Part shown: one piece after another, positions 53,945-64,000 of the stretch
How the letters are laid out: each line of letters opens with the position of its first letter
Numbering within the stretch: position 1 is the stretch's first letter
DNA from: Eledone cirrhosa
Lineage: Eukaryota
DNA length: 64,000 bases
Assembly: GCA_964016885.1 (NCBI GenBank)
Contig: OZ024742.1
Location: 226,982,001 to 227,046,000 of the forward strand
Direction: 5' to 3'
Notes under the pieces: generated by a model
Database searches by the model: none
Seen by the model: the letters and a program-made list of their open reading frames with translations, nothing else
Told to the model about the DNA's origin: nothing
Program-made: the position numbers and the translations under genes

Positions 53945-55405
53945 GCCTATATATATATATATTTATATCTGTATTTTTAACCGTTGGTCAATCAATGATG
54001 AACATTGATTGCCAGATAAATTAACTGTGGAGATATAAAAGATACAGAAGCGAAAACCTTCCCAAAGCAAACAGTGAGTGTGTTTTATTATTAATTCTGG
54101 CAATATTATAACAATATGACTCTCCTCAAATATAACAATATATATATATATATATATCATCAACATTGTTGTTTTAACATCCATTTCCATGCTAGCATAT
54201 TATATTATAATTTGGGGCTAACCAACCAGGAATGTACAAAGCACATTTTAGTCAGTCTGCTGTGATGCAGATAAAATGAAGTGCTCAACATCTTGTATAA
54301 ATGGTACAAGCTGAAGCATTATATAGTATTAAAAAGATCAAAGGCCAAATGCAGTTGATTTAGGTTTATTTTTATTTCCATGATGCATATTTTGTTGAAG
54401 TCTACCAATTCCGATAGCCTCAACTTGTCAGATAGTATAAAAAAAACCTTTAAAACAATTTTGCAGAACTTGAAAAACTTTAAAATATTTAAAAAATTTC
54501 CAAAACTTCCTCGTAAATTTTTTTTATTTCATGGTACAGGGGAAGGTAGAATGTATTCAAGTTGTTTCTATGCTAACCATCCCCTGTATGACCCTTAGCG
54601 CTGTGGGGGAAATGCAGATCAGTGGCTGTCCAACTGTTACAACCACAAAATGTCGAAAATAGCAAGTCCTCGTTGTGGGAATGAATTCTGCAAGTAACCC
54701 AACTTGTTCTTCTTTCCATCAGTTTAACCCTTTTGATACCAATCCACCAGGGACAGCCTGCTCCTGGTTCTCTGAATGAAAGCTGTTTCTTGTAAAGTGC
54801 TTATATTTAACTAAAAACCTCCTGTCATAATTTTATGTAAGAATCTTTATTAAATTATGCTCCAAACACCAGTTTAATAATGAAAAAGTTATATTATTAA
54901 ATCTTCCCAAATTCTTGATTATTAAAATTGATTTGAAAATCATAAACAATGTCTTTCATTAGAATTATGGTAATGAATGGGTTATCTAAAAAAACAAAAA
55001 CAACCTTGCATCATAATTTTATATAAGAACCTTAAGCTAAGCTCCAAGTTTGATCATGAAAAAGTTATATTACTAAATCTCCAAATTTTTGATTATTTTC
55101 AAAATGATTTGAAAATCATAGACAATATCTTTCATTTAAAATATGGTTAACAAGAGATTTTGACTTTTACGATTCCAGATTTTGGGGAATAATTTTAGTT
55201 TTCATTTAGGTGCTATTCTTTGTATCTTGACACATCACATGGCTGAATAACAAAGAAGGTCCTGAGTTCGATTCTACCCACTGCATAGCATTGTGGGCAA
55301 GTGTCATTTACTATATGGTACACATGTCTGTGGAAAACTCAACCGCGTCACATACTAATTCAATAAGTAGATTGTTCAGTTGATGGAATAACTGGATGCT
55401 CATCT

Positions 55406-55792
55406 ATCATCATCATCGTCATTTTACGTCCGCTTTTCCCTGCTTGCAAGGGTGGGATGGGAACTGATTCTGGCTTGATTTCTACAGCTGGATGCCCTTC
55501 CTAACACCAACCTCATTTACAGTGAGTGCTGGGTGCTTTTTTTCTGTGGCGCCTACACGTCCACTTTACAGTGTGGGCTGGGTGCTTTTTTGCCATGGCA
55601 CCTCCACGACCACTTTGCAGTGGAATGATAGGGACCCCTGTCCTATCATCTCATTTCTACAGCTGAGTAAACTGGAGCAATGTGAAATAAAGTGTCTTGC
55701 TCAAGGAAACAACACATCACCCGGTCTGAGAATTGAACTCACAACCTTTTGATTGCAGGCCCAATGCTCTAACCACTAAGCCATGTGCCTCC
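55406..55792 (-). mobile_element. SINE1 copy with an extra ~48-bp body unit; head duplicated at 55993-56057
   Basis: Reverse complement of SINE1 with two gctgggtgctttttt units. Confidence 0.9.
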
Positions 55793-56418
<626 letters not shown>

Positions 56419-56503
56419 AAAAGATAAACAGAAATAACAACACAATCGGTACAGTATATGGAAGGAATATATTAGGTTAACACTTGAAATAGCAGGAAGA
56501 GGG

Positions 56504-56540
56504 TCTTAACGTTTCAGATGCTAGTCCTTTATCAGAAGGA
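56504..56540 (-). ncRNA. Decayed hammerhead ribozyme-like motif
   Basis: Minus strand: UU-CUGAUAA-AGGACUAGCAUCU-GAAA-CGU-UA-AG. G8A change, weak stem II, palindromic AACGUU at stem III. Confidence 0.4.
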
Positions 56541-56786
56541 AGAATAAGAAATAAGATAGATTGAAGGGACCGGCGGGGTGGAATTGGAAAAAAAAAATGT
56601 ATTTTGATAAAAATAACAGGTCCATTCATGTTGACATCTCTTCATCATATATATATGTATATACACACACACACAAATACATATAAGTGCATATGGATAT
56701 ATATATATATATATCCAGCTTATGCTAGCATAGAAAAATACCAATGTAAAAGAATGTGTGTCTGTGTGTGTATATATATATATAAT

Positions 56787-59646
56787 ATGGATCAATAAGA
56801 CAATAGAGGTAGTTCGAGTTAGTAATCGAATAATTAAGCTTAGATTAGTTGTAGGTAGGAGACTACTGACAATCATCTCGGTCTATGCTCCCCAAGCAGG
56901 CCTAGGCAAAGATGAGAAAGACTGCTTTTATGAGCAACTTTTGCAAACAACCACAATGACAGAGGACGGAGACATCGTTATGCTAGCAGGAGACTTCAAT
57001 GGTCATGTTGGACAGCTCCAGGATGGTTACACTGGGGTACATGGTGGGCATGGTTACGGTTCAAGAAATGAAGAAGGAGTGAGACTTCTTGAATTTTGTG
57101 ATGCAAGTACATTGACTATTTGCAACACAAACTTCCAGAAACCTGCCAATCACCTAATAACCTACAAATCTGGTGAGCACATAAGCCAGATTGACTTCCT
57201 GCTAGTTAGGCAGCGGGACAGGCAGATAGTGTCTAATACCAAGGCATACCCTGGGGAAGAATGTACCCCACAGCATAGGTTAGTTGTTAGTGATATCTCA
57301 GTAAGCAAGAGATGGAATGAGCCATATAAGAAGGTGTGGAGAAGAAAGGTCTGGAAGCTAAAAGACCTTTCACTAAAATTCAAATTTAGGAAAGCCCTTC
57401 AAGATGTATATGACGAAAAAGAAGACGATTTAGAGACGTATGACATAGATAATAACTGGAAGTTCTTACGTGACAACTTGCTGAAGGCTACTGATGAAAC
57501 CTGTGGCTGGAGCAGAGCTCCAACCAGACAGAGAGTGACCTGGTGGTGGAACAGCAGTGTAGATAAGGCTATTAGAGACAAAAGACTAGCATGGAAGGCT
57601 TGGAATAAGGGTGGGAGTAGGGAAGAATATACAGCCACTAAGAGAGAAGCTAGACGTCAGGTGTACTTAGCACGCAGGGAGGCAGAGAGTAGGAGGTTTG
57701 CCAATGTTCTGCGACGGGAAGATCAGAGGCGTGCGGTGTTCCACATTGCAAGGCAGTGTGTCAATGCAAATCAGGATGTTGTTGGTGATAAATGTGTCCG
57801 GGATGATGCCGGTGTACTTAGTGTCACGAATGACCAGAAAAAGGAGGCCTGGAAATGTCATTATGAGAGACTGATGAATGTGGAGAACGAATGGGAGAGA
57901 GAGAAATTACCCTTGGTAGATCCGACAGAGGGACCAGCTATTGAGATTGACGAATATAGGGTCCAAGAGGCGATTAGGGAAATGAAAAATGGTAAGGCGG
58001 CCGGACCATCGGGAATAGTTGCTGAGATGCTGAAGGCATCAGGGGACGTAGGCACTAAACTGGTTGCACGCATAATCAATCAGGCTATATATGGTGGTGT
58101 CATACCCAAAGACTGGTGCAGCAGTATTCTCATAAATTGCTACAAAGGTAAAGGGGATGCTTTGGAGAGGAGCAATTATAGGGGTATAAAACTGATAGAT
58201 CAGGTTATGAAAGTGGCAGAAAGGATTTTAGCACAACTAATTAGAGAAAGGGTCAAACTAGATGAGATGCAGTTTGGTTTTGTGCCTGGGAAGAGTACAA
58301 CAGATGCCCTCTTCTTGGTGAGACAAATGCAAGAGAGGTTCTTAGAGAAGAATAAGCCACTATACTTGGCCTTTGTTGACCTAGAGAAGGCCTTTGATAG
58401 GGTACCCCGATCTGTCATCTGGTGGTCCCTAAGGAAGCTGGGTGTTGAGGAATGGCTTGTAAGGACAGTGCAAACTTTGTACAGAGGTACTCTCAGTAAA
58501 GTCAGGGTAGGAATGGAGTTTAGTGAGGAATTCCAGATACAAGTAGGAGTACATCAGGGTTCGGTCCTCAGCCCGCTCTTGTTCATTATAGTCCTCCAAG
58601 CCATAACAGAGGAGTTTAAAACTGGCTGTCCATGGGAACTTCTCTATGCTGACGATCTGGCTCTTATGGCAGAATCAGTAGAGGAGCTAGAGAATAAATT
58701 CCGGCTATGGAAACAGCAGTTGGAAGCAAGAGGACTGAGAGTAAATCTAGCTAAGACAAAAGTGTTGATGAGTAGAAAAGAGGACAAAACCCTGATTCCG
58801 TCAGGGAAATGGCCATGTTCGATATGCAGAAAAGGAACTGGCATAAATTCTATAAAATGCACACAATGTAGGTCCTGGGTACACAAGAGATGTAGCGGGA
58901 TAGCAGGCAAACTAACAGGTAGGGAGAAATATGTATGCAGTAGATGTACAGGGAAATTAGACAGTAGAAGTCGCACTGATAGACACATTTTTCAAATGCG
59001 AGAGGGCGCTATAGAAGTGGTGGATAGCTTCCGGTACCTAGGAGATCAGATTAGCATGGGAGGAGGGTGTTCCGAGGCCATAGTATCTAGAATAAGGACG
59101 GGTTGGAAGAAGTTTAGGGAGCTGCTTCCTCTGTTGACGAAGAAGGGTTTCTCCCTGCGTACGAAAGGCCGGTTGTATGATGCCTGTGTGAGGAGCGCGA
59201 TGCTGCATGGTAGTGAGACATGGGCAGCTACCGCAGAAGATATGCGACGGCTGGAGAGAAATGAGGCAAGCATGCTCCGTTGGATGTGCAGTGTAAATGT
59301 GCGTGAACGACCCAACATAAATGTGTTGAGAGAGAAACTGTGTCTGAGAGGGATAGAATGTAGTGTACGGGAGAGGAGACTGAGGTGGTATGGACATGTG
59401 ATGCGCATGGAGGATGACCGATGGGTGAAGAAGTGCCAGGAAATGCCAGTTGAAGGAAGACGTAGTAGAGGTAGACCACGAAAAACATGGGCGGAGGTGG
59501 TGAGAACAGACCTCAGATCATTGAAGCTCATGGTGGAGATGACGAGGGACCGTGACGAGTGGAGAGATGCTGTGCTGAATAAGACCCGTCCCACCCTTGC
59601 AAGCAGGGAAAAGCGGACGTAAAATGATGATGATGATGATGATGAT
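56787..59646 (+). mobile_element. RTE LINE family B, young 5'-truncated copy
   Basis: Contains the uninterrupted ORF below and a (TGA)n tail directly after the stop; TA-rich flanks. Confidence 0.97.
56788..59622 (+). CDS. RTE polyprotein frame: AP endonuclease (N-terminus missing), reverse transcriptase with inserted PHD finger, C-terminal domain
   Basis: SVYAPQ, AGDFNGHVG, SQIDF and PQHRLV (APE); [41 protein letters not shown] and FRYLG (RT); C4HC3 at 58816-58947. No native ATG: the track's start at 56758 lies in flanking microsatellite. Confidence 0.9.
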   Translation, partial: WINKTIEVVRVSNRIIKLRLVVGRRLLTIISVYAPQAGLGKDEKDCFYEQLLQTTTMTEDGDIVMLAGDFNGHVGQLQDGYTGVHGGHGYGSRNEEGVRLLEFCDASTLTICNTNFQKPANHLITYKSGEHISQIDFLLVRQRDRQIVSNTKAYPGEECTPQHRLVVSDISVSKRWNEPYKKVWRRKVWKLKDLSLKFKFRKALQDVYDEKEDDLETYDIDNNWKFLRDNLLKATDETCGWSRAPTRQRVTWWWNSSVDKAIRDKRLAWKAWNKGGSREEYTATKREARRQVYLARREAESRRFANVLRREDQRRAVFHIARQCVNANQDVVGDKCVRDDAGVLSVTNDQKKEAWKCHYERLMNVENEWEREKLPLVDPTEGPAIEIDEYRVQEAIREMKNGKAAGPSGIVAEMLKASGDVGTKLVARIINQAIYGGVIPKDWCSSILINCYKGKGDALERSNYRGIKLIDQVMKVAERILAQLIRERVKLDEMQFGFVPGKSTTDALFLVRQMQERFLEKNKPLYLAFVDLEKAFDRVPRSVIWWSLRKLGVEEWLVRTVQTLYRGTLSKVRVGMEFSEEFQIQVGVHQGSVLSPLLFIIVLQAITEEFKTGCPWELLYADDLALMAESVEELENKFRLWKQQLEARGLRVNLAKTKVLMSRKEDKTLIPSGKWPCSICRKGTGINSIKCTQCRSWVHKRCSGIAGKLTGREKYVCSRCTGKLDSRSRTDRHIFQMREGAIEVVDSFRYLGDQISMGGGCSEAIVSRIRTGWKKFRELLPLLTKKGFSLRTKGRLYDACVRSAMLHGSETWAATAEDMRRLERNEASMLRWMCSVNVRERPNINVLREKLCLRGIECSVRERRLRWYGHVMRMEDDRWVKKCQEMPVEGRRSRGRPRKTWAEVVRTDLRSLKLMVEMTRDRDEWRDAVLNKTRPTLASREKRT

Positions 59647-59980
59647 ATATGTATGTATGTATATGTATATAGTAAAGTTAATTAGGCTGCCAATATCCCC
59701 TCCTAAAAAATACCAAACAAAACTAAACTGTATTGTACTGAGGCAAAATCAAATGTTTGTTAAAATCGAAATAAAAGAAAAGATCAAAGAACTCTGAAGT
59801 TCCATCAATATTATTCCTTAGAACCAATTGTCTTTTATAGACAATGGGTTAATTATTGATCACAAACTGCCATAATCAGGAAATAACCAATTATTATTGT
59901 TATTGATCTTGGAATCATCTGCGTTTGTGTGTTGTTAATATCCAGTATTCTAGTGCAGCATCTTTATGCTAATGGTTCTT

Positions 59981-60510
59981 CATCATCATTATATCTGTTT
60001 TTCCATACTTGAATTGGGTTGGACATGTCTTTTGCAGCACAGTTTCCTTTCACTTGCTGGTTTCCTTGTCATTTCATCTGAGGTTCAGCATTTTGAGATC
60101 AGCTCTTACCACATCTGCACAGCTCTTCCTCTGTCTTCCTCTACTGCAGCTGCCTTCGACTTATATCTCCTGGATGAGTTTTCTCAAGCACAGTCTGCCT
60201 TTATTTTATGTGTTTTGTCATCTCCACTGTGAGGTTCAGCATTTTGAGATCAGAGCTCACCATTTCGCCATGGGTTTTCCTCTGCTGCATCTTCCTTCCA
60301 CTGGGATCTCTTGACACATCTTCATCCAACAATCATCATTCATATATATCACATCTCCATACCAGTGCAGTCTTCTCTTGCACACTACATCTGATTTATC
60401 TTCAGTTCAGTTTTTCTTTCAGTTCATCCATGCTTCACTGTTTATGTACACTAACATTACATATCCATCAGAGCATGCTCACTTCATTTCTCTACAGCCT
60501 TCACATATCC
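59981..60510 (-). pseudogene. Decayed RTE 3' fragment with internal duplication
   Basis: (CAT)n tail; tgaggttcagcattttgagatcag occurs twice; similar to the family B C-terminus. Confidence 0.65.
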
Positions 60511-60584
60511 CCAGATTTCATATTCATACATTACACTATGTAATATCTATATATCAATATATATATATATATATATATATATAT

Positions 60585-60724
<140 letters not shown>

Positions 60725-60805
60725 ATATATATATATATATATATATATATCAATATATATATATATATATATAAGGTAAACAGAAATAACAAAAATAATG
60801 GTGCA

Positions 60806-61143
60806 GAAATGGGAGACATATATTAGTTTAATGTTAAGGTTGGAATTATTTATTGCCACATAGGGCAGGGTCATAGATGTGGAGAGGGAGGGAGGTGGAC
60901 CGAAATGGGAGACATATATTAGTTTAATGTTAAGGTTGGAAGGTGGACAGAAATGGGAGACATATATTAGTTTAATGTTAAGGTTGGAATTATTTATTGC
61001 CACATAGGGCAGGGTCATAGATGTGGAGAGGGAGGGAGGTGGACCGAAATGGGAGACATATATTAGTTTAATGTTAAGGTTGGAGGTGGACAGAAATGGG
61101 AGACATATATTAGTTTAATGTTAAGGTTGGAATTATTTATTGC
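60806..61143. repeat. Compound tandem repeat: 39-bp unit x5 in a ~144-bp higher-order period
   Basis: gaaatgggagacatatattagtttaatgttaaggttgga at 60806, 60902, 60950, 61046 and 61093, with alternating long and short linkers. Confidence 0.9.
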
Positions 61144-61163
61144 ATTAATGTTTGAAATAGCAG

Positions 61164-61749
<586 letters not shown>

Positions 61750-62300
61750 TATATATATTGATCCTTGAATTACCATTTAATTTCTTGTTTTCTTTCTATT
61801 TCTCTAACTTTACTATTTTAATCAATAAGGAAGTTGGTGTTTATTTTTTATGTCAGCATCAGTAGACTTTCATCCTCATCAAGCAGTTCTAGTTTTGTTC
61901 CTCTTCAAGACTATTTTCCCTGTTAAAAAGGAGTCAACATTGTAAGCTCTAATGCAGTCATTTTGAAGCAATGTTTTACAGACAGATGCTCTTCCTGGGG
62001 CCAATGTTTTTAGTTGTCTCTTACAATATGTAGAGATATGGTGTAACTATTCTAATCCAAAATAAAGTATAGCATCAGTTGGCTGATACTGCAACTTTGG
62101 AAGTTTACTCTTCTTAATTCCTTTGATACCAAACTGCTTGAAACCGCCCCAAAGATGTTTATTTTAAAGTGTTTATATTTATCTAAAAACCTTAATTTTA
62201 TGCCTTTGTAGTTATTGTTGCTACTGTTGTCATCATTCTTGATACTGTTGTTGTTGGTTTAAGTCTCCCCCAAATTCCCTATAATTCCCCATTTTCTTAA

Positions 62301-62521
62301 CCCTTTAGCATTTACATTATTCTATATTTACTATTGTATTTTCATGGTAAAGGTTTTACTTCACATAATTATCTCACATAATATCGAATCTATGAGATTT
62401 TGATATTATTTATTTTGAGAACAATACCCTAACATCGGTATGAGTGGCCAGTTACAGCCGGTTTGAACAGAAAGAGGTGAGAGAATTCTGGCTGGATAAG
62501 GCCGGTTTAAATGCTAAAGGG
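62301..62521 (+). mobile_element. MITE P1
   Basis: Perfect 14-bp TIRs; TTAA/TTAG flanks. Confidence 0.88.
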
Positions 62522-63237
62522 TTAGTTTCTGATGTCTAGAAACCCCACAGAAACTCAATGTAGCAACCTTCTTCTGTCTAGAATTAGTTCATTGATTATT
62601 ATAATTATTTTGCCACCAAAATTCATTCCTAAACCTCCATCTATCTGTGAATGAAAGAATGAAGAACTCAACCATTTAACCAATTTTATTCATATATTTG
62701 TCTGTTTGGTCTCTTTTTTTTTCTTTTTTTTTTGTCTGTAGTTTTCGTCTTATTTCTGATTGTAAAACAAAGTTTGTTGTTTGTGCTTTTTGTCTATGTA
62801 TACATGTCTGTCTGTGTGTTGGTCTGCATGTCTGTCTGTCTGCATGTCTGCCTGCAGGTCCATCTGTCTGTCTTATTTCTGATTTTAAAAACAAATGTTT
62901 TAGTTTGTTGCTGTTTGGGTTGATTATAATTCCATTTTGAATATTTATTCAATAGTCATTGTTTCAGTTCCTTTCTTTCAAGAGATGAAGATGGGTGATG
63001 GTGGACGAGGGGGGGATAGGGTGGGAGGTGGGGGGACAGAGGCTGGGAGGTGGTGGAGGGGGAGGAGATAGGGTGGGGAGGAGGGACAGAGGCTGGGAGG
63101 GGAAGGGAAGAATGTTGGGAGGAAGGCTTGGGAGGCCCAGGGTGAAGGGATGGGAGAGAGGGGTGGGGATGGAGGCAGGGTTTGGCCTTGTAAATTTCTG
63201 TTTTCTCTTTTTTGATGGTTGATATCAAGATGCTGCA

Positions 63238-63960
63238 TGCCTGTGTGCATCTGTATGTATGTTTGTATGCCTGTATATGTCTATATATTGTGTCTGTATA
63301 GCTGTGTGCATCTGTATGTATATCTGTATATGTCTGTGTCTGTATATGTGTGTGTGTGACTATATCTGTGTATATGTCTGTATAGCTGTGTGTATCTGTC
63401 TGTATGCCTGTGTGTCTGAATGTTTGTCAGTCTGTGTGTCTGAATGTCTGTCTGTCTGAATGCCTGTCTGCCTGTCTGTCTGACTGAATCCCTATCTGAA
63501 TGTCTGTCTGTGTGTCTGAATGTCTGTCTGTCTGACTGAATGCCTGTCTGCCTGTCTGTCTGTGTGTCTGCCTGTCTGTCTGTGTGTCTGAATGTCTGTC
63601 TTTCTGACTGAATGTCTGTCTGTGTGTCTGAATGTCTGTCTTTCTGACTGAATGCCTGTCTGAATGTCCGGCTGTGTATCTGTATGTCTGTCTGTGTGTC
63701 TGAATGTCTGTGTGTCTGAATGTCTGTGTCGGAATGTCCGGCTGTGTATCTGTATGTCTGTCTGTGTGTCTGAATGTCTATGTGTCTGAATGTCTGTGTT
63801 GGAATGTCCGGCTGTGTATCTGTATGTCTGTCTGTGTATCTGAATGTGTGTATGTCTATATGACTATGTGTATATATATATATCTGTGCTTGTCTATGCC
63901 TAGTTGTCTGTATGTCTCTATATGCATGTTTATGTGCCTGTATATTTGTATGTGTCTGTG
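63238..63960. repeat. Degenerate (TGTC)n / TCTGAATG low-complexity satellite
   Basis: Direct reading. Confidence 0.88.
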
Positions 63961-64000
63961 AGTGTTTCTGATCCTCTGGATATTTTGTTGATAGCTTATT

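Noticed and set aside
59046-59594. Antisense ORFs over RTE copies
   Set aside because: Shadow frames of the RT ORF with no independent motifs; variably broken among copies.
60806-61143. CRISPR-like repeat-spacer appearance
   Set aside because: Spacers are themselves repeated and of two lengths, there are no cas genes, and the context is eukaryotic.

Overview
AT-rich eukaryotic (animal) repeat-dominated DNA. The (TA)n/(CAT)n load and SINE types suggest a coleoid cephalopod such as Octopus, which is an inference. No host protein-coding gene can be supported. The window holds about 18 copies or fragments of two RTE-clade LINE families, both with a PHD-type C4HC3 finger inserted inside the reverse transcriptase. 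Family B has no 3' UTR and includes a 5'-truncated copy with an uninterrupted 944-codon frame at 56788-59622. Family A has a ~380-nt 3' UTR homologous to SINE bodies. Also present are two DD37D (maT) Tc1/mariner copies, a GC-rich CRE-clade retrotransposon relic, CR1-, Expander- and BovB-like fragments, at least three SINE families, TTAA- and TA-target MITEs, a 157-bp-arm inverted repeat, multi-kb TA microsatellites and a 200-N gap. The most interesting signals are: (1) several unrelated minimal type-I hammerhead ribozyme motifs in short islands inside (TA)n, one with an intact core; (2) a LINE/SINE module-swapping network built on a covarying 3' stem-loop; (3) the PHD finger within RT; (4) a 101-bp locally templated 5' insertion at a LINE junction; (5) nested insertions with empty-site controls in the same window. 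Most long ORFs in the track are microsatellite artefacts.
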